The notes under the pieces were generated by a model, which was not told the origin of the DNA, searched no databases, and saw nothing but the letters and a program-made list of their open reading frames with translations. From positions 1,141 through 65,140 of the forward strand of contig CANQUG010000009.1 in assembly GCA_947626985.1 (NCBI GenBank): a stretch of 64,000 nucleotides of DNA. The letters run 5' to 3'. Within the stretch, counting starts at the first letter, position 1, and every line of letters begins with the position of its first letter. Origin of the DNA: an uncultured Lachnospiraceae bacterium. Its GTDB lineage: Bacteria > Bacillota > Clostridia > Lachnospirales > Lachnospiraceae. Both the position numbers and the translations under genes were made by a program. This document shows, piece by piece, positions 9,701 to 19,367 of the stretch.

Positions 9701-10860
9701 GCATAAAAGTCCGCGGGCGCGGCAGTTATGTGAGCTATATCGTTACATATTTTTCCTATTATGTCTGCCTCGCGGTGTTTTCCACGGCTCTGTCCGTCTA
9801 TCTCACGGGAATCGGAAAATCCAGGGCGGAGATGTCCTTTATCATCTCGGCGTCCAATCTTTTCGGGATCGTGGTGACGCCGGTGATCGGGTATCTGAAC
9901 GACCGCCTGCAAAAGCCCCGGGGGCTCGCCTGCGTCTGTATGCTGCTGGCGGCAGTGTTTGCTGCGGTGTTTTCCTTTTCCCGGGCCACCCTTGCGCTGT
10001 ATCTTCTGAACGGGTGTATCATGGGATTTGCCATGGCCGCGTCGCCGATCACGGAGCGTATTGCCAGCAGCGGGCGGTTCCGCTATGGTACGGTGCGTGT
10101 CTGGGGGACTGTGGGCTACGCGGTGGCGGCGCAGGCGTGCGGCGTGCTGATGCAGTATACGGCTCCTGTGCTGATCTTTGCCCTGTTCTGCATATTTGCG
10201 GTGACGGCGGGGGCGGGCTTCCTTCTGACCGGGGATATCCGCTGTGGGGAGCCGGCGGGAGAAAATCCCCGGGGAGAGCGCTTCGGTTTTTTGAAGAACC
10301 CTTCGTTTCTGCTGTTCACAGTCTGTTCCTTCCTGTTTTCGGGAGGGAACAATGTGGCGATGTCCTACTGTCCCCTGTTTCTTCAGGAACTGGGGCTGAA
10401 GGTCAGCGTCATCGGCGCGGCGCTGGCGGTGAGCACGCTGGTGGAGATTCCGGTCATTCTGTGGTCCAACCGCTTTATGGATCTTTTTTCCGGGAAGGCG
10501 CTGCTTCTTGTGAACTTCGCCGTTATGCTCCTGCAGCTGGGGCTGTACGGGGTGATTTACCACGCGGCGGCCGCAGTGGCGGTCATGCTGCTGCTCAAGG
10601 CCTGCAGCTCCACTCTTTTCATGATGATCCGTCTGAAGATCATCCGGAATATTGTGAATGAAGAGTGTGTTTCCACGGCTCAGGGCGTGGAAAGCGCGAT
10701 GAACGCCATCGGAGGCGTGGTGTTTCTGAATCTGGCCGGACTGCTCTCCCAGCGGAAGGGCCTTCATGTGCTGTTTCTGTTCATGGCGGGAGTGATGGCG
10801 CTGGGCCTGGTTCTGGGGCTGTTTCTCCGGATGTCCAATGCGAAGAAGGTTTTTTCGTAA
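9697..10860 (+). CDS. MFS transporter
   Basis: About 12 hydrophobic helices. The start is set at ATG 9697, which overlaps the upstream stop as ATGA (translational coupling). The ORF-track start at 9460 lies inside the hydrolase gene in another frame. Confidence 0.8.
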   Translation: MSIKVRGRGSYVSYIVTYFSYYVCLAVFSTALSVYLTGIGKSRAEMSFIISASNLFGIVVTPVIGYLNDRLQKPRGLACVCMLLAAVFAAVFSFSRATLALYLLNGCIMGFAMAASPITERIASSGRFRYGTVRVWGTVGYAVAAQACGVLMQYTAPVLIFALFCIFAVTAGAGFLLTGDIRCGEPAGENPRGERFGFLKNPSFLLFTVCSFLFSGGNNVAMSYCPLFLQELGLKVSVIGAALAVSTLVEIPVILWSNRFMDLFSGKALLLVNFAVMLLQLGLYGVIYHAAAAVAVMLLLKACSSTLFMMIRLKIIRNIVNEECVSTAQGVESAMNAIGGVVFLNLAGLLSQRKGLHVLFLFMAGVMALGLVLGLFLRMSNAKKVFS

Positions 10861-10930
10861 ATCAAAACAGTAAGTCAAAGCAGGAGCCGGGACGGTTTTT
10901 GCTTTACTTTCTATAGAAAATTCAGAAAAA

Positions 10931-10955
10931 TTCCCCGCGGTTCTGCCGCGGGGAA
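10931..10955 (-). terminator. terminator of the FAD-oxidoreductase gene
   Basis: TTCCCCGCGG / CCGCGGGGAA 10-bp stem. The T-run is on the minus strand (complement of the A-run at 10926-10930). Confidence 0.75.
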
Positions 10956-10998
10956 TATGTGTATTTGCCTGAAAAAAGACGGTTTCAGCGAACATCTG

Positions 10999-12366
10999 TC
11001 AGGATTCCAGAATATGTCTCGCTACATGAACTCCGCTGGCGGAGGCGTGGGAGAGGGAATGGGTGATGCCGCTTCCGTCCCCGATAATGTACAGTCCCGG
11101 GTAGGGGGATTCCAGATTTTCGTTAACGTCCACTTCCATATTATAGAATTTGACCTCCACGCCGTAGAGCAGGGTATCGTCGTTGGCCGTACCGGGGGCC
11201 ACCTTGTCCAGGGCGTAGATCATTTCGATAATGCCGTCCAGGATCCGCTTCGGCAGAACCAGACTGAGATCCCCCGGCGTAGCCTTCAGGGTGGGAGTGA
11301 TGAACGCCTCCTCGATGCGGTTATGGGTGGAGCGCTGGCCGCGGATCAGGTCTCCGAAGCGCTGAACGATCACTCCGCCTCCCAGCATGTTGCTCAGGCG
11401 GGCGATGGATTCGCCGTATCCGTTGGAATCCTTGAAGGGCTCCGAAAAATGCTTCGCCACAAGGAGGGCGAAATTGGTGTTGGCCGTCTGCAGCTCCGGA
11501 TTTTCGTAGCTGTGGCCGTTGACGGTGATGATGCCGTTGGTGTTTTCGTTTACCACGGCACCTCTGGGGTTCATGCAGAAGGTCCGTACCTTGTCCCCGT
11601 ATTTCGGCGTGCGGTATACGATCTTGCTCTCATACAGCTCGTCGGTGATATGGGAAAAGATCTCGGCCGGAAGCTCTACGCGGACGCCGATATCCACGCG
11701 GTTGGACCTGGTGGGGATCTGAAGGTCCCTGCAGACGCTTTCCATCCATTTGCTCCCGCTGCGGCCAACGGAAATGATGCACTGCCTGCAGGTGTGGGTC
11801 TGTGCTCCGCACCGGATTTCGTAGCCGCTGTCCAGGGCGGTCACGGAGTCCACCGGGGAGTCGAAGAAGAAGGTTACTTTGTCCTTCAGTTCTGCATAGA
11901 GATTTTCCAGCACTTTATAGTTGATATCCGTGCCCAGGTGGCGCACCGACGCGTCCAGAAGATGAAGGTCGTGCTGCATGCACTCCTTCTTAAAATGAGT
12001 GCCGGCCGTGGAGTACAGTCTGGTACCCGCGCCGCCGTAACGCATATTGATGTCGTCCACGTACCGCATCAGCTCCAGGGCCCGCTCCTTGCCGATGTAT
12101 TCGTAGAGGGTGCCGCCGAAGTCGTTGGTGATATTGAATTTTCCGTCGGAAAACGCGCCCGCGCCGCCGAAGCCGCTCATGATGGAACAGCATTTGCAGC
12201 CTGCGCAGGTTTTGACCTTTGCGCCGTCTATGGGGCAGTGGCGCTTATGCAGGGCATGCCCCGCCTCGAAAACGGCCACCTTTTGCTCCGGGCCTTTTTT
12301 TATGAGCTCATATGCCGAAAAAACACCTCCGGGACCTGCGCCGATGATAATGATATCAAATTCCAT
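10999..12366 (-). CDS. NAD(FAD)-dependent dehydrogenase (COG2509-like)
   Basis: N-terminal dinucleotide fold DIIIIGAGPGG. The start is set at ATG 12366 after AAAAGGAGA. The ORF-track start at 12462 is upstream of the RBS. Confidence 0.8.
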   Translation of the reverse strand: MEFDIIIIGAGPGGVFSAYELIKKGPEQKVAVFEAGHALHKRHCPIDGAKVKTCAGCKCCSIMSGFGGAGAFSDGKFNITNDFGGTLYEYIGKERALELMRYVDDINMRYGGAGTRLYSTAGTHFKKECMQHDLHLLDASVRHLGTDINYKVLENLYAELKDKVTFFFDSPVDSVTALDSGYEIRCGAQTHTCRQCIISVGRSGSKWMESVCRDLQIPTRSNRVDIGVRVELPAEIFSHITDELYESKIVYRTPKYGDKVRTFCMNPRGAVVNENTNGIITVNGHSYENPELQTANTNFALLVAKHFSEPFKDSNGYGESIARLSNMLGGGVIVQRFGDLIRGQRSTHNRIEEAFITPTLKATPGDLSLVLPKRILDGIIEMIYALDKVAPGTANDDTLLYGVEVKFYNMEVDVNENLESPYPGLYIIGDGSGITHSLSHASASGVHVARHILES

Positions 12367-12620
12367 TCGATTCTCCTTTTTCGTAATCTTCAGCCGCCCA
12401 AAAGCCGGCTGAAACAATTTGCCGCATTCCATTATAGCACAGATGACACGGCCTTTCCACACAAAATATTTCAGCGTTTTCCGCCCGGATTATTTCAGCG
12501 TCTTTCTGTCCGAAATATTTCACCACCTTTCCGCCCAAATTATTTCTTGTGGAGAAAGCGTAATTCGGATATACTGTTTTTATACGCAGCTGAAAACGTT
12601 TGACAAAAAAGGAGAAGATT

Positions 12621-14420
12621 ATGAAACCAGTTATGAGAAAAGACGTCCCTGAAGAACAGACCTGGGACCTGTCCGCTCTGTATAAGACCGAGGAAGACAT
12701 GTACGCGGACGCGGAGCGGATGGAACAGACCAGCAAAGAGATAGAGGCCCGTTATAAAGGCAGACTGAACACTCCGGAACAGATCGGCGCCTGCCTGGAC
12801 GAGTACCGCAGCCTTTTTGAGACCATGACGCTGGTGGGCAATTATGTACAGCTGGCTGTGGAGGTGGATTATTACGACGCGCACAATCAGGAGCGCAGTC
12901 AGCGCATCAGTCGGATGCTGGCGGAAATTTCCAGCCGCCTCAGCTTTATCGAGAGCGAAATTCTGGAGCAGGACGACAAGGTGCTTCAGGCAGCTGTTGA
13001 AGCGGCCGGGGCGAACCGTCTGTATCTGATGAACCTGCTTCGGGAGAAGCCCCACCATCTGGACGCCGCCACGGAAAAAGTACTGGCCGCTCTGTCCAAT
13101 ACCTTTGACACTCCCTATCAGGTGTACAATGCGGCGAAGCTGGCAGATATGCGGTTTCCTTCATTTACTGCGCTGGGGCAGGAATTCCCGCTGGGATATT
13201 CCCTGTTTGAAGACAATTATGAATACGATTCCCGCAGGGAGGTTCGGCACGCCGCCTTTCACGCATTTTACAAAAAACTGAGGGAATATGAAAACGTCAC
13301 GGCCGCCGCCTATCAGTCCTACGCCCGGATGCAGAAGACCTTCGCGGATCTTCGGGGCTTCGAATCCATTTTCCATATGGATCTCTTCGTGGACAAGGTG
13401 GACATTGCCCTTTATCATCGTCAGATCGATCTGATCATGGAAAAGCTGGCGCCCCATATGCGAAAATATGCCCGCCTTCTCCAGAAGGTGCACGGACTGG
13501 AAAAAATGACTTATGCGGATCTGAAGATCGCGGTGGATCCGGACTATGATCCCAGAGTAACCATAGAGGAATCCCGGCGCTATATTATCGAAGGCCTCTC
13601 CATTCTGGGAAAAGATTACCAGGATATGGTGGAGGAAGCCTACCGTGACCGCTGGGTGGACTTTGCCCGGAATCAGGGAAAATCCACAGGGGGATTCTGT
13701 TCAAGCCCCTACGGCAGTCATTCCTACATCCTGCTGAACTGGAACGAGCGGATGTCGGACGTGTTTACTCTGGCTCACGAACTGGGACATGCGGGACATT
13801 TTAAGGCATGCAACGCGGCGCAGTCCATTTTCGATACCAATGTTTCCGGCTATTTCGTGGAGGCGCCCTCCACCATGAATGAACTGATTATGGCTCATTA
13901 CCTCCTGAAAACGAGTACGGATCCCAGATTCCGGCGCTGGGTGCTGAGCTCCATGGTGGGGCACACCTATTATCATAATTTTGTCACCCATCTTCTGGAA
14001 GCCGCGTACCAGCGGGAGGTATACAGAATCATAGAAGCGGGCGGAAGCGTGCAGGCGGAAACCCTGAACCGCATCATGCGGGAGACTCTGGAGCGGTTCT
14101 GGGGAGACGCGGTGGAAATCCTTCCGGATGCGGAGCTGACCTGGATGCGGCAGCCTCACTATTATATGGGACTGTATTCCTACACCTACAGCGCAGGTCT
14201 CACCATCGCCACCCAGGTGTGCAGGCGGATCGAGGAGGAGGGCCAGCCGGCGGTGGAGGACTGGAAGCGGGTTCTCGCCGCAGGTTCCACGAAGACGCCG
14301 GTGGAGCTGGCGCAGATGGCGGGCGTGGATATCACCACGGACGAGCCGCTTCTGGACACCATCTCCCGGATAGGGCAGATGATCGATGAGATCTGTGAGC
14401 TGACAGATCAGCTCTCATAA
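12621..14420 (+). CDS. pepF: oligoendopeptidase F (M3B metallopeptidase)
   Basis: HELGH zinc motif and M3-family length. ATG 12621 follows GGAGA. The ORF-track start at 12600 is a TTG. Confidence 0.9.
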   Translation: MKPVMRKDVPEEQTWDLSALYKTEEDMYADAERMEQTSKEIEARYKGRLNTPEQIGACLDEYRSLFETMTLVGNYVQLAVEVDYYDAHNQERSQRISRMLAEISSRLSFIESEILEQDDKVLQAAVEAAGANRLYLMNLLREKPHHLDAATEKVLAALSNTFDTPYQVYNAAKLADMRFPSFTALGQEFPLGYSLFEDNYEYDSRREVRHAAFHAFYKKLREYENVTAAAYQSYARMQKTFADLRGFESIFHMDLFVDKVDIALYHRQIDLIMEKLAPHMRKYARLLQKVHGLEKMTYADLKIAVDPDYDPRVTIEESRRYIIEGLSILGKDYQDMVEEAYRDRWVDFARNQGKSTGGFCSSPYGSHSYILLNWNERMSDVFTLAHELGHAGHFKACNAAQSIFDTNVSGYFVEAPSTMNELIMAHYLLKTSTDPRFRRWVLSSMVGHTYYHNFVTHLLEAAYQREVYRIIEAGGSVQAETLNRIMRETLERFWGDAVEILPDAELTWMRQPHYYMGLYSYTYSAGLTIATQVCRRIEEEGQPAVEDWKRVLAAGSTKTPVELAQMAGVDITTDEPLLDTISRIGQMIDEICELTDQLS

Positions 14421-14438
14421 ACAATAATGAAACATACG

Positions 14439-14472
14439 GCACCGTATGGGAATCTCCTGTACGGTGCTTTTT
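14439..14472 (+). terminator. terminator of pepF
   Basis: GCACCGTA / TACGGTGC stem followed by TTTTT. Confidence 0.75.
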
Positions 14473-14948
14473 CTGTCAAAAAATCTCACAATCATATTGG
14501 ACAATAAAAGTTGACTATAAAACAGGATAAATTATGTATAATATCTAAAAATAAAATAAATTTTTATAAATAATTGACAAATAGCACTAATTAATGATAT
14601 TGTATGTAGGAAAGATACTGTTACATCTGCACAAGCAGGCGAAATACATTTTTTCGGAAAAATTACAAAACCTGATAAAAATGATAAAATTTAGAAAGCT
14701 GTCAGGGATTTCCGGCGCAGAAAGCTGTCAGCGCTTATCCGGCAAAGGAGGGAGGTTTTGGATAATAAGAGGAGAACAGCATATTTCCGGCCGCAGGAAC
14801 GGTTCGGACTGCGGAATATCGCCTGGAAAGCTGCATAAGCCTGTGCGGAGTACAGAATGAGCAGCTGGATTTTGACTTTGTTATGGAAAACGGATATTTT
14901 CAGGAAAAGGTTCCTGTCCCCGAGGGGAAGAACAGAAAGGAGAACAAT

Positions 14949-16190
14949 ATGAAAATGAAGAAACTTAGCGTAGCACTGGCGGCGGCACTGGCGGCAGGAA
15001 GCCTGCTTGCACCGGCATCCGCAGTATGGGCCGACGGCGAGGTGGAGCTGGAGCTGTTCCTGTCCAAACCCGAGATCGTGTCCGTCATGGAAGAACTGGT
15101 GGGAATTTTCTGCGAAGAGAATCCCGGCGTGAAGATTGAAGTAGTCAGCAGCGACGACGCCCGTACGGTGCTGCAGACCAGAGCGGCCAGCGACAAGCTT
15201 CCGGACATCCTGAATTCCTATCCCGCAGAGGACTTTTATAAGAACATGTTCAAAGAGGGATATTTTGAGGAGATTACGGATCAGGAATTCCTGAGCAAGG
15301 TGAACGCTACAACACTGGAAATGACGGACTGCGAAGGAGGTTATTACGCGGTTCCCATGTCTCTGAGCACCTACGGCATCTATGCCAACATGGACGTTCT
15401 GAATGCCAACGGAATCGAAACCACGCCCACTACCTGGGATGAGCTGATCGAGGACTGCGAGACCCTCAAGGCCAACGGCGTGACGGCTTTCCTTCTTCCG
15501 GATAAGGATATCGGCAATGTAGCCCAGAGATTCGAGCGTACAGCGGGCATCATCAACAATGACTCCTATTCCGAGTTCAAGGAGATCGCCGACGGCGAGA
15601 TGGAGGCGGCGGATTCCCCCACACTCCAGACCTGGTGCGATTATAATGAGCAGCTGATCGGCTATACCACAGAGGATCATATGGGTATGGACTATGATAT
15701 CGCCGCAGCGGAATTCAGCAACGGAAAAGCCGGTTTCATGCTGAGCGGCACCTGGATGCTGGCGACGGTTCGCCAGAACAACCCGGACGCCAATGTGGAG
15801 CTGTTCGCATTCCCGCATCCCAGAGGAGAGACGACCAAGGTTCCGGTAAATGTGGATACCGCATTCAGTATTTCCTCCACCTGCGCTGACAAAGAAGTCG
15901 GCCTGAAATTCCTGGAGTTCATGACAAGACAGGACATCGCCCAGAAGTACTGTGACGCGGACGGAAACGTAAGCGTTATCGAGGGCGTGGAGTACAATGT
16001 TCCCGAGCATGCAGCCATGAAGGCCGCCGTGGATGAAGGAAACATCTTCCTGACAGCAGTAAACTTCTGGCCCAACGGTCTGAGAGAGGAAATCCGTGAC
16101 GCATGCCAGACCTTCCTGGGAGACCTGGACAGAGATCTGTTTTTCGAATCCGCGCAGGAAGCCATTGAGACCATCTACGCCGACAATTAA
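14949..16190 (+). CDS. ABC transporter extracellular solute-binding lipoprotein (carbohydrate type)
   Basis: Signal/lipobox-like MKMKKLSVALAAALAAGSLLAP. SBP_bac_1-like length. ATG 14949 after AAGGAG. Two permease genes follow. Confidence 0.85.
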   Translation: MKMKKLSVALAAALAAGSLLAPASAVWADGEVELELFLSKPEIVSVMEELVGIFCEENPGVKIEVVSSDDARTVLQTRAASDKLPDILNSYPAEDFYKNMFKEGYFEEITDQEFLSKVNATTLEMTDCEGGYYAVPMSLSTYGIYANMDVLNANGIETTPTTWDELIEDCETLKANGVTAFLLPDKDIGNVAQRFERTAGIINNDSYSEFKEIADGEMEAADSPTLQTWCDYNEQLIGYTTEDHMGMDYDIAAAEFSNGKAGFMLSGTWMLATVRQNNPDANVELFAFPHPRGETTKVPVNVDTAFSISSTCADKEVGLKFLEFMTRQDIAQKYCDADGNVSVIEGVEYNVPEHAAMKAAVDEGNIFLTAVNFWPNGLREEIRDACQTFLGDLDRDLFFESAQEAIETIYADN

Positions 16191-16238
16191 CAAAAGAGCA
16201 GGACAGGACAGGAGAAATCAGGTCTGTCTGTTTCAATC

Positions 16239-16277
16239 ATGAGGGCGGAGGATCGCCTGGCGGTTCTCCGCCCTCAT
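16239..16277 (+). promoter_or_regulatory. intercistronic stem-loop after the SBP gene (no U-tract)
   Basis: 12-bp stem ATGAGGGCGGAG / CTCCGCCCTCAT with a 15-nt loop, between the SBP and permease genes. Confidence 0.55.
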
Positions 16278-16316
16278 CAGCTGATGTGAGGCGTTTCTCT
16301 GGAAAGGAGGTTCTGC

Positions 16317-17219
16317 ATGGAGAAAACGAAGGGAAGAAACAGCATGTCCAAAAGGCAGAAGGGCAGGGACAGGACGTTTTTACTGTTCACCGCACCGGGC
16401 TTTTTACTGTATTTCTTCTTTTTTATCACACCTGTTTTAATGGGACTTTATTACAGTATCACGGACTGGGACGGAATCAGCAGAAGCTATAATATCATCG
16501 GTCTGGGCAATTACGTAAAAATATTCCAGACCAGCCAGTTTATGAAATCTCTGCTCTTCACGGTGAAATATACCGTTCTTCTCGTGGTGTTTACCATCGT
16601 GATCGGTATTGCCATCGCCATGCTGCTGAACAGAAAAATTAAGGGCAAAGGCTTTTTCCGCGCCATCTATTTTATTCCGGCGGTCTTAAGCTCCATGACC
16701 ATCGGTCTGATCTTCAACAAACTCTGTTACTATATCATTCCTGTGATCGGAAAAGCGCTGCATATCGCGGCGCTGAGCCAGAATCCGCTGGCGGATAAAA
16801 ATCTGGCCATGTGGACGATCCTGTTTGTCAATCTGTGGCAGGGCCTGTGCATTCCCACACTGCTGTTTCTGGCCGGTCTGCAGAGCGTTCCCACGGATCT
16901 GTATGACGGCGCGGCTCTGGACGGAGCCACCTCCTGGGACATTTTCCGCTACATCACCATTCCCTTCCTTCTTCCCGTGGTAAGCGTAGTGTTCGTACTC
17001 ACGCTGAAAAGCGGCCTGATGGTCTTCGACTACATTATGGCCATGACAGGCGGCGGACCGGGAAGCTCTACGCGAAGCGTGGCAATGCTGATCTACAAGC
17101 ATGGATTCACTCAGAATAAATATGCCTTCAGTATTGCGGAAGCCATCGTGATGGGAATCATTGTCGCCATCATATCCGCCGTGCAGATTTATTTCACAGA
17201 TAAAAAGAAGGCGGTGTAA
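16317..17219 (+). CDS. carbohydrate ABC transporter permease (MalF/BPD_transp_1 type)
   Basis: Six TM segments. The EAA-like loop DGATSWDIFRYITIPFL is present. Confidence 0.88.
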   Translation: MEKTKGRNSMSKRQKGRDRTFLLFTAPGFLLYFFFFITPVLMGLYYSITDWDGISRSYNIIGLGNYVKIFQTSQFMKSLLFTVKYTVLLVVFTIVIGIAIAMLLNRKIKGKGFFRAIYFIPAVLSSMTIGLIFNKLCYYIIPVIGKALHIAALSQNPLADKNLAMWTILFVNLWQGLCIPTLLFLAGLQSVPTDLYDGAALDGATSWDIFRYITIPFLLPVVSVVFVLTLKSGLMVFDYIMAMTGGGPGSSTRSVAMLIYKHGFTQNKYAFSIAEAIVMGIIVAIISAVQIYFTDKKKAV

Positions 17220-17222
17220 GGT

Positions 17223-18059
17223 ATGGTAGAGGGTAGAAAACAACACAACGGGCTGACCTATGTTATTTTGTTCTTCGGTATCCTGCTGATTATATTTCCG
17301 CTGTATATCACTATCGTAACCGCGCTGAAGTCCAACGTTCAGAGCTCCCAGAGCTTCTTTACGCTGCCGATCCCCATTTATCTGGACGGCTTTAAGGAGG
17401 TTTTATCCAACGAGAGGTACTGGCGTGCCTTTTTCAACACCATTTACATCACGGCCATTGTGCTGGCGGGAAATATTATCATCATGCCGGCCATGAGCTA
17501 TGCGGTGGCGAGAAAAATCCCCGTCAGCAAGGCGTACAAGCTTGTGTACTATTTCCTGCTTCTGGGAATTTTCATTCCGTTCCAGGTAAAGATGATGCCC
17601 CTGGTGAAGCTGCTCAGTTCCCTGAACATGATGAATCCCACCGGTCTGGGTATCCTGTGCATCTCCAGTTCCACCTGCGAGAGCGTGTTCCTGTTCGTAG
17701 GCTACATGGGGGCGATCCCGGTGGATATGGAGGAGGCGGCCTGGATCGACGGGGCCAGCACCATGAAGACCTATACCTCCGTGGTATTTCCCCTTTTGAA
17801 GCCCATGCTGGCCACGGTTCTCATCAAACAGGGGCTGTGGATGTGGAACGACTTCATGCTTCCTCTGATCACGCTGAACAGAGGCTGGAAGGACTGGACC
17901 CTTACACTGTTCCAGTACAATTTCCAGACGGAATATACGATCAATTACAGCCTGACCTTTTCGACCTTTGTGGCGTCCATGCTTCCTCTGCTGATTTTCT
18001 ACTGCTTCATGCAGAAAGCCATCGTCGGCGGACTTACGGCAGGCGCTGTAAAGAGCTGA
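17223..18059 (+). CDS. carbohydrate ABC transporter permease (MalG type)
   Basis: EAAWIDGASTMKTYTSVVFPLLKP EAA loop. It sits tightly against the upstream permease gene. Confidence 0.88.
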   Translation: MVEGRKQHNGLTYVILFFGILLIIFPLYITIVTALKSNVQSSQSFFTLPIPIYLDGFKEVLSNERYWRAFFNTIYITAIVLAGNIIIMPAMSYAVARKIPVSKAYKLVYYFLLLGIFIPFQVKMMPLVKLLSSLNMMNPTGLGILCISSSTCESVFLFVGYMGAIPVDMEEAAWIDGASTMKTYTSVVFPLLKPMLATVLIKQGLWMWNDFMLPLITLNRGWKDWTLTLFQYNFQTEYTINYSLTFSTFVASMLPLLIFYCFMQKAIVGGLTAGAVKS

Positions 18060-18106
18060 TTGTTAAAAAAATGCCGTTTCGGCGGCAGGATAAGGGGCGC
18101 ATTTAT

Positions 18107-18934
18107 ATGAAGATTCAATATCTGGGAACTGCCGCTGCGGAAGGATGGCCGGGAACGTTCTGCCGCTGTCCGCAGTGCAGGGAGGCGCGGCGGCTGGGCG
18201 GAAAGAACATCCGGACCCGGTCCCAGGCCGTAATCGACGACAGACTTCTGATTGATTTCCCGCCGGACACCTATATGCATATGCTCGCCTACGGGCTGGA
18301 CCTGCCTTCCATCGGCACCCTGTTTGTCACCCATTCTCACCAGGATCACTGGTACCCCGAGGAGCTGATGCTGCGGCGGAACGGTTTTGCGGCGGACATG
18401 GCCGGAATCCTGGACATTTATGGAAACGATGCGGTGGGAAAAAGCCTGGAGCAGTCGCTGAAAGAGGTGGAGGAATCCCCCTCCGACATGCCCCGCGTGG
18501 CGTATCATGAGCTGAAGGAGTTCTGTCCCTGTCAGGTGGAAGGATATGTGTGGACTCCCTTAAAGGCAGCCCACAATCCGAAGGAAAACTGCTTCATCTA
18601 CATGGTGGAAAAAGAGGGAAAGAGGCTGTTATATGCCAATGATTCCGGATATTTTCCGGAGGAAACCTGGGAGTTTCTCAGCGGACTGCACTTCGATCTG
18701 GTGAGTCTGGACTGCACGCTGCAGAAGATACGGCTGAAAACCGGACATATGGGCCTCCCCAACAATGTGGATGTGGCGGAGCGCCTGCGCAAAATCGGAT
18801 GTGCGGACAGCCGCACAAAATTCGTCGTCACCCACTTCTCCCACAATGGCGGCTGGCTCCATGAAGAGATGGCCGTACGGGCAGCAGAATACGGCTTCTG
18901 CGCAGCCTACGACGGCATGACAGTCGAAGTGTAG
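18107..18934 (+). CDS. MBL-fold metallo-hydrolase (PhnP-like)
   Basis: HSHQDH metal motif and an N-terminal CxCxxC cluster. The start is set at ATG 18107. The ORF-track start at 17657 overlaps the permease gene in another frame. Confidence 0.8.
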   Translation: MKIQYLGTAAAEGWPGTFCRCPQCREARRLGGKNIRTRSQAVIDDRLLIDFPPDTYMHMLAYGLDLPSIGTLFVTHSHQDHWYPEELMLRRNGFAADMAGILDIYGNDAVGKSLEQSLKEVEESPSDMPRVAYHELKEFCPCQVEGYVWTPLKAAHNPKENCFIYMVEKEGKRLLYANDSGYFPEETWEFLSGLHFDLVSLDCTLQKIRLKTGHMGLPNNVDVAERLRKIGCADSRTKFVVTHFSHNGGWLHEEMAVRAAEYGFCAAYDGMTVEV

Positions 18935-19193
18935 GCGTATACAAAAAATCAGGGATATCCCGGATGCCATAAAAATTATGACAACAGAACTATAGGTGCA
19001 TACAAAAATCAGGGATATCTCGGACGCCGTGAAAGTTATGACAGCAAAACTATAGTCGCATACAAAAAAACAGGGATATCCTGGGTGCCGTGAACATTAT
19101 GACAGCAAAACTATAGGCGCATACAAAAATCAGGGCAGGATATCCTGGACACCGTAAAAATTATGACAACAAAACTATAGGTGCATATAAAAA
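18935..19193 (+). repeat. tandem repeat, 4 full units (61, 60, 61, 64 nt) plus a truncated fifth
   Basis: Units start at 18935, 18996, 19056, 19117 and 19181. Each contains CATACAAAAA, a GATATC-centred palindrome and ATGACANCANAACTATAG. Confidence 0.9.
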
Positions 19194-19218
19194 GGCAGCT
19201 TTCTATGGCTGCCTTTTT
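19189..19218. terminator. bidirectional-shape terminator closing the ABC/MBL operon
   Basis: AAAAAGGCAGC / GCTGCCTTTTT stem with an 8-nt loop. Confidence 0.8.
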
Positions 19219-19367
19219 ATATGCAGACTCTGCAGCACCGGGACAAACAGCGCAATAGATTTTAAAGCCGATCACAAATGTTAACGTCGTTTATAAGGAA
19301 ATCATCACAGTCTAAGAACATCATTACAGCTTAAAGAGCGAAATTTTCACAACAGAGTCAATATACA

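Noticed and set aside
18935-19193. A CRISPR array was considered for the ~61-bp periodic repeats.
   Set aside because: The entire unit is repeated, so there are no unique spacers between conserved repeats. There are only about 4 units, and no cas genes appear in the window.
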